Program-made: the position numbers and the translations under genes | In this document: one piece after another, positions 48,431 through 62,643 of the stretch | Layout of the letters: every line of letters starts with the position of its first letter | How positions within the stretch are numbered: the first letter of the stretch is position 1 | The notes under the pieces: generated by a model | Databases searched by the model: none | The model's input: only the letters and a program-made list of their open reading frames with translations | What the model was told of the DNA's origin: nothing | Assembly: GCA_013265495.1 (NCBI GenBank) | Contig: MU058384.1 | Location: forward strand, 805,622-869,621 | Direction: 5' to 3' | From: Vicugna vicugna | Lineage: Eukaryota | Length of the DNA stretch: 64,000 nt

Positions 48431-51400
48431 ATTGCTCTGTAAGTCACATTGTATTTTTACCATAAACATGTTTTATTTTGGTTTTTGGTTTTTATCTTTT
48501 AAGAGGCTATGTATTTTCCTAAAATAAACTTATTGAAAGAGCTAGGATGTTTGATCATGGCTTTCTATTTCTTTTAGGCAAAATTGTTTTAGGCAAAAAA
48601 TTTTATCTATCTAGTCCCTAACTATACAATAATTTTTAGGTTTAAGGTTTTTGCCATTACTTTTCATAGCCTAAGTCATCTTATGTAATAGCTTTTAAAT
48701 GTTTATGTGACAGTCGTAGCACAACTATTATTGTTTATACTTATTTAATATTCTTTACAAAGCATTTGTTTATGGTCTAATGTTAGGTCTAAGTATCAAA
48801 TTTCAGAAAAGTTGTCATGAAATACATTACTCTTAAAATAAACATTCTATTATATCTGCCTAATGTGAGATATGATTTTATTTGCTTATGTTTCTGGTAA
48901 TTTTTAAAGATTGACATTCAAGATGCCATGCAGATTACAGTAGAAGGTGTGGAGAAAGCAATGGAATAAGTAAGTTGCAATAGCAGTTTATTTAATAACT
49001 ATGCTTTCTTGATTACTTCAACTTTGGGTGTTTTATTTGCCTCAGTTCTAACATGGAGATCATTTATCTTCCTTACACTGATACATGATTTAAGAACCAA
49101 AGGAGATGTGCATAAAAAGCACTTTAAAATTATATATTCAATGTTAATAGAAAGTATTACTTATTATGATCATAAGTCTCTAATATTGGCATCTTTTATG
49201 TATTAAAAATAATATGATTTTACAGTTTTTCTTTCATGGTTTGTACTACTGACTTTTTCAGGGGTGGTTTTCCTGTTTAATATAGGATCAGACATTTTAA
49301 GAGACCAAACTGATGTTGATATAACTTCTTTCATGAATAAATAAAATCAATGTTCCAGATTCAAGAATGTAATTTTCTAATAAAACATGATTTTTGTCTG
49401 ATATTTCCCCCTTTGTTTCTTAGTCTACCTAAACACTGAACAAACTCTAAAAAGCTTGCAGGTGTGTCAGGGAAAGGTGCCATTTTATCATGTTTGGAAT
49501 TAAATTGTAACAATTAAGAACATAGGAAGAATGAGTTGAAGTCAAACATTCTTAATTACCAAATCTTTTAGAATTTACATAAAATTATACTCATCTAAAG
49601 TCATCAGTTGAGTGATCAGTTTTGATACTTTTTTGTTTAATTTCCCTTGGGAGCAGAAGTGCTAAATTCGTGTATGTTCAATTCTACAATTGAGTTCAAA
49701 GAAGTAAGAAAAGTAAATTATTCATGGTGCAAAGGCGAGTGTCTGCAAAGCAAAAAATTATAATTAAGTTTTTGAATCTCTAATACCTATGTAGCATATA
49801 AATATTACATGCAGCTAGAAGGGCAACTCCATCCATGGGATGCCATAGCATCTTTTAGGATACAGAATATCTGTAGCTCAAGACATTTCCTTAAGAGAGG
49901 GTTTCTCAACAATGTGCTTGGCAGGCAGTTACCATCGCTCACACTATTAAGCATTACAAGAAGAAATCCAGCAAAAGTTAGCTTTAAGGTAGCAGGTAAA
50001 TCACTATGGCTCCAAGTCTAATACATTCCATGATGGACATTTCAAGTGATGTTAAAGGCTGCCCAATGAAGAATTACTTTTAAATAACTAGTAAATTCCA
50101 GTAACTAGAGTTTTAGAATTTCAGATTCTCATCAAAGTGCTGAAGTTATACAGCTCTCAGTCCTCAAGGAGATCATGGCCCACGGGGGCAGACAAACACT
50201 TAAAAGACAATAATTCTAAAACATGAAACAGATGCTAAACTGGATAGATGGACAAGTTCTGTGGGAATGCAAAGCAAAACAAATTGTTAAGCATTTGGTG
50301 GTCAAAATCATCTGAACAGTGTGGACTTTTTAAACGCTTAAGAAGCCAGCCCACTAGAAAACTAAGTTTGTGTGTGTGTGAGAGAGACAGCACAGACTGT
50401 ACACGGTTCAGCAAGTAGCCTTTTTGCTTTATCACTAATGTTGCTGACTCTACTGTAAAAGATCATTCTCCTTTTCAAGGGCTGCATTTCTTCCCTGCAC
50501 TCCCATGGTCAGCTTGTGACCTTCTGGGAGTACAAGCTATCTGCAGCAAAACCTTCTAAGGAAAGATGGCTGTCTGATGTTTTTCTCCAGTCTTGAGATA
50601 GAGCCCAGCTTCCAGCCCTCTGTGGACACTTTATCTAGAAGCTGCTCTTGGCTCCAAAGTAAAACATATTTTAGTTCCTGTGTACTCTAATGAAAACTTC
50701 ATCTTATACATGGAAACAAGTTCTCATTCTTTTCTCCTTTATATAGACTATCTTTCTCTAAAAGTATGTAACAGCCCAACTGTTCTCCAGTTCACTTATT
50801 TTTACTACTGGAGGAACAAGGAGAGGTTATTTTCTAACAAGAACAAAATGATTAAATGAACCTTATTGTAGAATCATATCATAATCTGAAAGGAAAAAGG
50901 AGGGAAGGTCTTTTCACCTGAAATTCAGGAAAAGTTGACTCTCATATACTGTATTTAAACCCAAAACAAGACATTTCAGGGTAACTTTGAGTTGAAGGAA
51001 AAGCTGCACATTTGGGGTGAAGGACAAGAGACGGTCTGAGAATTTTAGAGACTGTCATTCACAAGACTCAGCTGCAACACTTTCCTGTTTTTTTAATTTC
51101 AATTTTATAATTTCAGGAGAGAAAATCTAAACGACCTGGTCTCGATGCTTTTCCATGAAATCAGCAGTGGCGGGACCAGCAGGGACCTCTAGCTACAGAC
51201 AGTGAGTCCCATCTGCTGGTGCGGCTGCCTTGGGTGCGTGTCTCTGTTGAGCCAGGAGTCACCATGGAGTCAAGAATAACTACAGGTTTTAAATCATCAG
51301 CAAGACAAATAAACACGATGAAAAACTCGACAAAACCAAATATCAAAGACGGGGAGCATTGCACAACAAATGTAATAGAGCTGACATTTCCACTTTTAAG

Positions 51401-51489
51401 AGAGAACACGTATAAGAAAATTTTTTAGAACACAAGCCATGAGGGGAAGACTAGCGAGGTCAGTACAGGTGGGGACACTGCGTGAGTTA

Positions 51490-51670
51490 CACCGAAACTC
51501 AATCAAGTTTCTTTCCCTCTAAAGCATTTGTTTCTTCTCCTGAGTAATAGGGATACAAGTGGTGTATAACTCATGCTGTTTTGTAGATCAGATGAATAAT
51601 CCAAGCAGAAGGTTTACTGTAGCACCCAGCATGGAGTAAGTGTGCGAGAAATAATAGCTATACTTGCTTT
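51490..51670 (+). mobile_element. MIR SINE
   Basis: 'gtttcttctcctgagtaataggga...ataactcatgctgttttgtagatcagatgaataat...gcacccagcatggagtaagtg'. Confidence 0.65.
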
Positions 51671-52369
51671 GATACATATTATTATTAACCCCCTAGAAAT
51701 GGGTGATTTATGTATATAAAAGATCAGAGGTAAAAAAAAAAATAAATGGTTAATGAACTTATAGAAAGACTCTCAACTTTATTCATATTTAAAGTCTAAA
51801 CAATTTTAAACAATTAGGGAAGTCTCATTTGCCTATTAGACGGGTAAATGATAATTAATACCAAATATTGCTGTGGGCTTTCAGCTGACCCTTAATTGCT
51901 ACAAACTTTTTGAAAACAAGTTATCATTAACTCCCCAAATAAAATGAGACACGCCACCTCTTTATTAGTAGGTAGAGATATTTTCTCTTTGAAGTAGGAA
52001 GCACACTCCACTGGGCCCAGGGGCCTGTCAGCTTGCCGCATCTCCTCTGTGCTGCGGTCATCTTCCAGGGCCAGAGACAGCAGGCAAGTGGGGCACGTGC
52101 AATGGGCTTGCCATCCAATGTGCATCAAGATGGATGCACGTCCAAATTAGCAAGACCAAACTCTGTCATAAAGTGGTACTGGGGTCTGGATGGTAATGAA
52201 CAGAGGGAGATGCTTATTTGGCTTCAGATCTCAGGCTTGTATTTCAATCCAGCTTTGCCCAAGAACCCTGGACTTGTGGGGTCTGGGACATTTCCCTTTC
52301 ATTAATAATGCTTTTTCTTGATTTCCATTTGCCTTTATGCTTCTCTTTATCATCAGCTGAAACACATCA

Positions 52370-52900
52370 AAGAGACAAATGGTTAATACCCTAAAGCTCC
52401 AATTAAATCCATTTCTATACTTCTGTCTACAGATGCATTCACACAAATGCCTGAATGTATTTGTACAGAATCTTGCTTCCAACACTGTTATAATAATAAG
52501 GAAAAAGAAAATGATGTTGATTATTCAGAGATGGGTGAAATAAATTATGATATATTCTTAAAATGGGATACTATGTAATTATTTTAAAAACATAGTGTGA
52601 ATTTATAAGTACTGATATGAAAAAAATGTTTATTGCACATTACTAAGAAAAGTAGCAAGGTGGAATATAGGAAGTGTCACATGACTTTTATATAAAATAG
52701 ACACACACACACATACACAGACTCACACTCCAATCTGACATCTTTGCCTTGGGGGTCACAATTCAACTGCTGTCCCTCAAAGACCAAGCAAGTGTTATCA
52801 ATGTCTGCTGTAGCTAACTAAAAGAATTAGGACACAGTAGTAGGAGGGAAGATGAATTTCACACTTAAACACATTCAAACTTGGTTTTAAAATTTTTAAA
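52370..52900 (+). mobile_element. L1ME-like 3' fragment
   Basis: 'aacactgttataataataaggaaaa...gggtgaaataaattatgatatattcttaaaatgggatactatgtaatta'. Confidence 0.6.
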
Positions 52901-53214
52901 ATACCGTATCACCCAAACAAAACCAAGAGTGATTTGCCTCAAACTGCTAGTGGGTGAATTCTAATACAAATACTCATATTCATTGAATACTTCTAGAAAG
53001 CTGCATGAAAAACCCCTAATAGAGATGAATATTTTGGAGAGGAGCTAAGATAATGCAAGGTGCCCTTAATTTTACACTTTATAGTCTTTGGTATAGTTTT
53101 AACTTTTTTTTCACACATACTAAAGAGGCTTACATAAATTGAATGCATGATAAACCAATGAAACTGCTTTATTAATACCTGAAATATACATACCATAAAA
53201 TGTTTGATAAAATC

Positions 53215-53316
53215 GAAAATACTCATGTCTTGGTCCTGGGTTCAATCCCCAGGACCGCCACTCTAAAAAAAAAAAGAATCTAAAAAATATAAGTTAATTA
53301 GAAAATACTCATGTCT
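53215..53316 (+). mobile_element. 5'-truncated tRNA-derived SINE (camelid Vic-1-like) with 16-bp TSD
   Basis: TSD gaaaatactcatgtct at 53215-53230 and 53301-53316. Insert 'ggtcctgggttcaatccccaggaccgcca' (B box/T-arm) plus A-rich tail. Confidence 0.9.
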
Positions 53317-53889
53317 CACACTCCCACCCCAGCAATATCTGATTACATATATTTTTCTATAAGTTGTTCTAGTCTACAGTTTGATCATAATATTATAATG
53401 CTCTATATTATATGCACATCTTTAATATATTGCATGGCCTTATACATATACTTTCTACGTGGTGCCACTTCACCTGGAATTTTTCTTCCCCTCTCCACCT
53501 CTTGATAGCTGGGAAACCTATGTTCATTCATATCAACTTGCTCACAATGAGTGGCTTCTGTTATTCCCAGTTTCCCCTCCTCAATCAGTGTGAACCACTC
53601 ATTCCCCTCTCCTCCTCCTTTATGCCACATCCTTTAATCAAATCCACATCATATGGAGTTATTATTTATTAGAATGTGTCTTCTCTCTATCAGAGTCTGA
53701 AATTTCCTTGAGAACAAAAAAATGCCTGATTTTTCTTATTATCACCAATTCCGTGCAGAATACCAGAGACAAAATTGTTCACAAACTTTTGAAAGTGAAC
53801 TAAGATTAGGCATTTTACTTTGCAGTCTGTAAATCATCCCTAGAGTCCAGAATAAAAGAAATAAGAGCCCTTTTTTGAGGGCTGTTAAG

Positions 53890-54050
53890 CACTGAATATG
53901 TATTATCTCATTTAAGACTTACAGACACTCTCTAGATAATTAAGCTCATTTCCAGATGAGGGACTTGAGGTTTTGAGTCATTAATTCTCTTGGCCAAACT
54001 GTAAGATGTAGAACTTGTTTATGAGGTCATAGATCAGGATTTGAATAAAG
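53890..54050 (-). mobile_element. MIR SINE
   Basis: 'tattatctcatttaag...catttccagatgagggacttgaggttttgag...ttggccaa'. Confidence 0.7.
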
Positions 54051-57000
54051 AAAATCATAAAGTTTTTCTACAACTCAGTAAAGCAAAAATGTGAGGAATG
54101 TTTCAAATCTATTTCTTCATGTTCAAAATGGACAGAACAGGAACTTTGCCTCAACAGCGGGACAATAGGGATTTGGAAATCAATTGAAAATCACAAAGTA
54201 GGTCGTATTTTGGGGTGATTAAAATAAGCAGAAACAAAAGTCCAATGAGTACAAATGTAAAGCTTGTAAAGATATGTAAAAATGTCTCAGCATCATAACA
54301 TATACTATAGCACATTAATTAATTATTGGACCATGCATAGTAGAAAATATAGTTTGCTCAAGATGATGGTACTGAAAAATAAGAAAATTAGAAAACTGAT
54401 TTTAAAATGTTTAACTATAAAGTGATGTAGATTCATAAGGATCAAAATTATTTCAAGGTGTACTTTTCACAGGAGCTCTTAAATAGAAAACATAACATAA
54501 ATAATTTATAAATACTACTTCAATAAAATATTTAAGAGATTATAGAAAAATAAAAGCAAGAAGAATCACCAAAGTAAGTCATTATGTAATATCAGAAAAA
54601 AGAGAAAAGACTTAAAATTGGCTATTATTAATGCACTTTAATTTTAGCAATGAAAATATATATTTCAAATAGAATGGATATTTTCAAATTTTAAAAAATG
54701 CCTGCAATCATAAACCTGCATTTAAAATGCAGAAAAAATGTAGAAATTGCTTCTAGTCTCCACCTCAGTATTACTAACTTTAAAAACTCTGTCAAATACA
54801 ATTGCCTTAGGTTCTCAAAAAGAGCATCAAATATTACTAAAATAGGAATTCATATTCTTGAACTTGAATCATGAAATTCTCCTCCCTACTTTAAAGAAAG
54901 GTTACAGCTTTATCCCCTTCTCTGTCCATAGTTACCCTGACTGTGACAGAGGTGTAGGCAATAAATGCATTGCCATTAATTGCTAATTGCAAATAAAAAG
55001 ATCTGTAAGGAAATTCACAAGATCACTAAGACATCTGTTTTTCAGCATATTTATGTAAGAAGAAAGGACCCCCTGAGAAGGCCTCACTCTGTACTAAATG
55101 ACCTGCTTCAGGCCTTAAAGCTCAAGGTCTCCAAGCTGTTTAGTGGCCTGTGTCAAAAAAATTACTTGTTTCAGTCCAATTTCTCTCAATTCAATAACCC
55201 TCAAGCCTCTCAAAACAAAGCAAAGTTAAAATTATTTTCAATTGCTTTGGACTGGGATGTGTCAGGCCGTCTCCCACATTCCATGGACATCAATAGAACA
55301 AAGCACTCACCCTGAAACCTTTCTCTTTTCTCATTAATCAAAATTCCAATGAGCTGATTCCTGGTTTAGTCTAGTCTAGAAGAGATTTATGAGAAATGGG
55401 ATTTTTCTGACTCATGACTTTGAGCGACGTTCTCTGGATATATATTCCAGAGAAAAACAACACAGCCAATCATCCCACTTAACTCTGAATAATGCACACT
55501 TGATTATGTAGTGTGGTCCCAAAGTCCAGCAATCAAGAAACTTGACAAACAGAATTGAGCACATGGCTTCCTGTCCTGGACTCTATCTTTTAGTGAATGA
55601 CTTTTCTCAATATGGTTTATTTAGTCACACATTCTAATATCAGTTCATTGTGTCAGAAAGGTAAAGTCACAGGAATTAACGATGAAGAATTTCATTTACG
55701 CGGCTGCCTGTCGTCACCTGTCAACTCTCTACCCGTTTGTCACCTAGCCTGTCACACTTGACATCAGCTTCTGAAGGGCTGACCGAGGAGGAGGCGGGAG
55801 AGGCTGGATAAATGTCTTCATGATCATCTTTAGCAATGTCAGTAGCTCAGCACTCTCAGAATTTTAGACTTGCCTGTGACAGCTTTTCCACCAGCGCTGA
55901 AGCTGCATTCCAAATTGATGTCTGTGGCGGCTTGGATTCTGGGCTAGAGCAATGCCTACGGCAAGCCAAATTCTGTGGTTTGATACCAGTAAACAATATG
56001 ATCTCTCTTTGTGTTTATATGGATGAGCTGGAGTGGAATGAGGGAAGGATAACTTCAAATGACAGTTGCCACAGGTGATTAATTTTTTTTTGTCTTTTAC
56101 AGATTTACTCTGCCTACTCTAATTTAAGTTGGTGTTCGTAATGACCCTTTCATATTGCATAAAGGCTGAAGAAATGCTTTCACTCATGAAACAAATAAGC
56201 AGGCAGGATGCCATGCAGGAAGATAATGTTCCTCACTCATGGTAATTTTTTTTAAAGTGCGCTGGGAGATGTTTTCTCTTTATGGATACCCACCTGACCA
56301 GCCCATTTGTGAGCAGGAGATGCAAATGTGAGGCAGCTGATTGGAGAAAGGCGCGGGAACAAGAGATGCTCCTAAGGTGAGGGATGAGGTTCTCTGAGGA
56401 CAGAGAGGTTACGTGAATGTATCAGGGAAAGAGCCTTCACACAGCCAGACAGAGAAGGAAACATGGTCCAGCTCCTCATTTCTGATTGTAAGCAGGAAAA
56501 TGTAACTTAATCTCACTGGAACGCAACAAACAAAGGTGAAAACAGAAGACACTGAAAAGGACTATCATGAGAATATTACAGTGCAAATGAAAGTGTTTTA
56601 AAAGTTACAAAGCATCATTCAAGTATTAGTTAAATCTTATTAATAATTATCTCGTATCGAAGGGAAATCAACAGGCTGGTAACTGAGCCTTTAAACTTGG
56701 CCTTGGGAATCAGAAAGAGTACAAAATCTCATGTTTGATTAATTCTGCTCTGTTTTGTATGGTCTATTATTAGTCATCTTTAGTTTTCCATTTTGGGTAT
56801 ATGTAAACATGAAAGCAGTACTGTTAGTATATATCAAAATATTTAAGTAATGCATGTTTAGAAAAGCTGGCAGAATAGAAATGAGCAACATCTCATGGGA
56901 AAGATAGAAATAAAGTAGTGCAATGCTAAATAAAGCCTTTCATGTAGAATGACCATCCAAACACAATTCATTTTTACGGGTCATGGATTAAGAAGTTGAT

Positions 57001-57599
57001 TTTTGAAAATACATGAAAAAACTCACATTTTCATTGCATTGAGGAAATCTCCTCAGACTGTGTGATTCCAGTGGAAAATATCAGTATTTTTTGCTTTCTC
57101 TTTGCTCAGTCAATAGTCAGAGGCTGTACCATGATTACCTGACATACATTCAGACAAATGTGAGCTCCCACATTGATCTATTGCTCTCTGGGGAGCGAAG
57201 CCCTCAGAAGCTCTGTTTCTGAATAACAAGGTGAGAGTGAGCCGATACAAACTTCCTTTGAAAGAAAATGTCAGATTTGGAATAGAAAAACAACAGAAAT
57301 ATCACAGCCTTCCTTAAAAAGATACATAGGACTGCAAATTGCTAAAGTACGTCCTATAGGCACACACTCTTAGAAAAATCTGATGAGCGTGTATACCCAA
57401 AATATTTGTGAGAGCTAACTGCCCAATTAATTCTCAGAGAAAACCAACATAAGTGCCAATAACGCTAAACCTAAAGTTGAGCAGTAATTCCTTTGTTCTA
57501 ACTAGGCAGTACCTGTCTGCCCTCTGAAGCAATGCATGGTATCTACTCAGTAGCTGAAAGGCTACAGGGTAAAAAGATCTACAGGAAATAAAACATCAA

Positions 57600-58080
57600 T
57601 TGATTATTCTCTTCTCCAAAACATTATCCTTTTTTTTTACATTTCATAATCTCTTAGCAAGCCCAATATTTTACCTTATGAACTATCTGCCTTGAGCACC
57701 TCTCTAGTCCAATCATCATAGATACAATGATCAGATTTGGATTTCAAAAGTCCACCTTTGATCACAACTCTTGTTCCCCAAGCCTTTAATAGCTTCCTGT
57801 CGCCACCACCACCACCATACACACACACACACACACACACTCATGCACACACCAAATCTCCACAAGGCACAGTATGACACAGCAGGAATGTCTTTATCCT
57901 TATTTCCCCATTAGTCCTCCATATGGAGTTACACTACAGTCAAACAGGAGTTCTTATATTCTTTGAAATACTACTTGGTTTTTCCTCCTCTGCTCAGAGT
58001 GTTTTTCTTAACCTAGAATGCCCTCACTCTTCTTGCATCTCTGCCTGGTTGAAATTTTAGGTATCCTTCAAGTTTTATGT
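57600..58080 (+). mobile_element. L2 fragment containing an (AC)11 microsatellite at 57819-57840
   Basis: 'gatcacaactcttgttccccaagcctttaatagcttcctgt', 'cctagaatgccctc...cctggttgaaattttaggtatccttcaag'. Confidence 0.65.
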
Positions 58081-60179
58081 CAAAAATCACACACTTCATT
58101 TTCTGCTTGAATAGTATTTCCCAAAAGACCCTTAAAATACTTAAGAAGACTCCAAAGCATATGGTAGCCTTTAACAGTGACTCTCAACACTTGAAGCCAA
58201 ACTGCAATCAGAACCTGGGAGGGATTTTTATTGTTTGGAAGAGAAAGTGCCATTCCACATCGGTGAGTCCCGGTTTGTTTACTGTTATTTGAGGAGGCCA
58301 CGCTGCAGAGCTGGTGGAAAGCAAGTCTGTCCCAATCCCTTTGCCCATCCCTGAATGTTAAGACCCACTCTCTTCACTGAGTGTCTCTCTACTGCATTCC
58401 ATTAATTTCTAAATGACCCGATAGATACGTTTATTACATTTTATTTTCATAAGTGAATTACCATTGCCAGAAAATTTAGGAGTCAGGATGAAGGAGGGAT
58501 AAGTGGTGAGGCCGCTTCTGCAGCAGTGTAACTCACACAAGACAGAGCTTGTGGGAAGGGTGAGAGGAACAAGAATCCGAAATAATTTATCTGTGGATGA
58601 GCCATGTTGTGTAATCCCTTGTTAGAGTATCAAAGAGGAGGTCAGGAATACGAAATAGATAGACAAGATACAGATACAGGTCTCAACCAATTGTAAATAC
58701 ACTGAATGAATCTTTGTGAAAACAATGGAAATTGACCCAGGAACTATGTACATTAACCTGCCTCTCTCAGCTGCGTTACGAGGAAAAGAGCATAGCAGAC
58801 ACCCAAGTGCAGGTGTCTCTTGTTCTGTTTCTTTTAAGTGTATGATTAAAAATAGTTCAGCTTTGCTTTTGAGAATCAAGGACATTGTGGGAAATGAATT
58901 GTATGCAACTATTTCTTTGCTTACGCTGTAGGTTTGCGATATACATTATAATACAAAATTTATGCTTGTGCTTGATACTGCGAGACTTACTGCATTTCCG
59001 CTGATACTGTCTGACAACTCTCCCCCAGCGGGTTGAATAGTGAATAGGGAGCTAAGGATATGCCAAATATCCTAGGTTTTTATCTCCATCAGTTCTTGAT
59101 GGGGATTTCCTGCTTTCAGGATAGGGCAAAAAGAAACTACCTTGCATGGGTCCTATGAAAATTATTGAATATTCAGTGAAATAATGTTGTAAACACTTTG
59201 GAGATATCCAGCTCTGAGTTGCAGGGAAATATCTGAAAAGTTAAAAAACATGTAGTCCTCAAAATACGCATTTGATTGGTACACGTAGAAATACGATGTT
59301 TTCTTATAATGTACAAGTTACTGTGGATGACTAAGGTAACACTTTCTTATTCAAAAGAAGCTTTGGAATAAGGTGTTCTGAAATAAATAAAACAAATCCA
59401 AACCAGTTCAAGGAGTATCAGGCATATAAATTTGTCTCTGTTATCTCTTGAAAGTTTTGGAATAATAGGTACAAAACAGAAAAAAATAAATACATTTTCT
59501 GTGTGCATTTGCAGAACTTAAGCATAGATATTAGGAGAATAAAGATTTTGGCAAATTTGTGAAAGACAAAAGGCATGTGGAAGAGAAGTGGCCAAAAACT
59601 GATAGAGAAAATGAGGGCCAAAACCAATATGTCCTCTAATTAAGCATGAATGATAATAAGAAAATCTTTATGTCGATTAACTCAAACTATTAATGGAAAG
59701 TGAAAGTGAGACATCAAAATAGTTTTTGAAAGCAAACAAACAAAAATAAATTACAGAGTAATTCTAGCAAATTAGGCCTAGAAATTGGACTTGATAATTT
59801 AACAGTTAAAAAAATAAAAGTATTAAGATAAAAATATCTTTGTAATATGGTGAAAAGGACATGTTTCTTTTCTTAACAAAAAAGATGAATGTATTTTGAG
59901 TTAATAGGTCAAAAACTAGAGGTATAGACAAACTATTTAGACACGTGAAGATACTTTCCCACAGCAACAAAAAATGGAAATGATCAAGAAGTATTTTGCT
60001 TTGTTTTGAAAGTTGGACTAGGTTGGGGAGGAAAAAGGCAGGGGGTGGGGATAAAAACATGAATGTGAATTGATCACTGAAAGTCATTATTTAATTTAAA
60101 ATATCTGAATTTCTCAATAGCAATTGGTACAGTTTATCATTCTCTTTGGAAACACTTTTTACCTAATTTCAGAACTGTA

Positions 60180-61300
60180 AGACTCTGCTAGTTTTTCACC
60201 CAACTATCAGGATTGTCTGTAATTTTTTGTCTACTTTCCCTCCACTTGGATGCTTAAGATAACTGCCAAATTTTCAATTACCTGGGCGTCCATATAAGGC
60301 CATTTTTCTTCTCAATCTATACCATCTACTTATGTAGTATCTACTACCCTAACTTTAAATACCATAAATATGCAGATGAATCACATATTTTATTTCCAGA
60401 CTTCTCTTAAACTCTGTAACATGCAGCCTTCTATCTGGTATCAGCCTTGGATTTCTCATGAATATCACAAATATAGCATGTGTCAAACCAAACCCTCAGT
60501 GCCATACCTCAGACGTACTTCTTTCACAGACCTCCTCACGTCAGCCGTGGGTGTTGCTATACATTCAGTGCTCATGGCAGAAACCAGGAAGAAGAACTGA
60601 AACCGCTCTCTCATTATCCACCTTTAATCTTTCCCCACTTGAGTGAATGTCTATTAAAATGTCCCCTTCTACTCATCTTATTACAAGTTACTCTATTTTA
60701 AAATCCTTCTAATTGATATGTCTGGTTCTATTCCCATCTCTCTCCAGCCTGATATTGTTAAAAAAAAAAAGATATTGTTAAAATATAATCAATGACTGTA
60801 GCTTTTCTTAAGAATTCTGTATTCTTAAAATAAATTAATACACTAAGTATAACCTGCAATGTCCAAATCTTTGATTTTTCTTTTCATTTACTCTTTTGTT
60901 CCAAGAATATTGGGTTCTTTCCATTTCTGGACAGTACTAGATCCTTTTAGGTTCAAGGCCAGGTTACTAACTCTGCCTACTGTCCCATCTTGTCCAATCC
61001 CCCTCCCACTAACCCCCACACAAATCACTTCTTCTCAATGTCTGCTCACTTTTCTTGTCTTAGATTCAATTTCCTTTACTTAAAGACAATTTCTGTGACA
61101 CCCAGACTTGATGTACACATCTCCATTACCACTTTGATAGCATTTCTTACGTGTCTTTCATACTATTTGTCACAATTGTTTAATTACTTGCATGGATCTA
61201 CTTATGGCCCCACCCGCATCACAATGAGGCTCAAAATTCTGTGGAATGAGAGCTCAGTCAATTATTTTTACTGCTGATTCCACATTATCTAGTACAGTCC
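60180..61300 (+). mobile_element. L2 LINE fragment
   Basis: 'actttaaataccataaatatgcagatgaatcacatattt...ccagacttctct' and 'caaatatagcatgtgtcaaaccaaac', typical of the L2 ORF2 end. Confidence 0.75.
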
Positions 61301-62643
61301 CTTAGACTATTTATAAATTGGAGCTTAGGATGTTTATAAAGTCATCTATTTATAAATTCAATTGAATGTATATCCCTGATAAGATGGGCTAGGGCTAAGT
61401 CCTAAAGTTAGTGGTGCAAAAGAAGCCAATCTCTTGGTAGATTTATGCCAAATAAACACAATTACTGTTTCACACACCTGAATTTAGGAAGAGTAAATCA
61501 ATCACAATTTCATACAAAAGGTAACATTTTAATGATATATATTACTTTCAAAAGATTGTAGATACTAAAATATACATAGATGCAACATATCAGCTTATAT
61601 ATATACAGATTACTAAGAGAAACCAGAGCATCTTCATAATCACTTGAGATTTGATTTGACATAGGTATTTTAATCTTTAAAATGAATACATTTTAATTAC
61701 AAAATTATATATAGACATATTCTTTTTTTTACCTGGAATTTCCAACTCTGTTTAATGAATTTAATTTGGCTTGACTTTTACAGACTGGTTTTTAAAGACA
61801 TCTGCCTGTGATCCAGGTTATTGTTCAATTGCAGCATCTCAGTTTAACTTTCATTTTTAATAATAAATTTTCAAAGTACTGTGGAAAAATAGGTTCCCTC
61901 AACACCTTGAAATCTTGTGTCCTGGCAATTAACATACCTGTTTGTATAATATTCAGTTTTTCCTATTGATAGGATCTGTGAGACAAAAATCATGTCTTTC
62001 TTGCTCATTATTTTATTTCTAATATCTAGAACAATTCTTAAAATAAAGCACAGTAAATATTTCTTGACTTAATAAACATAATCAAGTAAGGAGACATGGT
62101 TCTAGTCTCTTAGGAGACAATTTAAGATAGATATTGCTGTAGGACAACTTAAAGTAGTTAAACATCTCATGCATAAACAAAAAGCATATAATTTATGCTG
62201 AATAATAATAATTGAAGTTATATTTTACAAGCAAAGTAAAATGACATAAAGTATTACTATGGAGTTTAACAAATGAAAAGGAGCAAGTACAACACTTGAT
62301 TCAGCCTCCGATATGTTTTTTAAAACCAATTAAATTCTAGGCCATTTCCTATACCCTGATTTCAGTTTGGTTTACAAAATCACAGAGATGTTACCATTTT
62401 AAACAATTGTTTAGATAGATCGTTGAGATTGAAGAAAGTCTAGCATAAAGTCAAGGCAGTTGGAGCTCCTAAAAATCGCATATTCTAGGTTAAGTCCAAG
62501 GCTTAAACTTTGAGGTCAATCCACAAATAGTTTTTGTATCCTTAAAGATATTTGAACAGGGAACAACTTAGGCCCAATATGAAACACAAACAGCTGAAAT
62601 ATACATATTGACAGAGGATGTCATAACAGATGTTTGCAGTGGA

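Noticed and set aside
53232..53260. tRNA gene
   Set aside because: Only the T-arm and a CCA-like end are present, flanked by a TSD and A-tail, so it is a SINE fragment.
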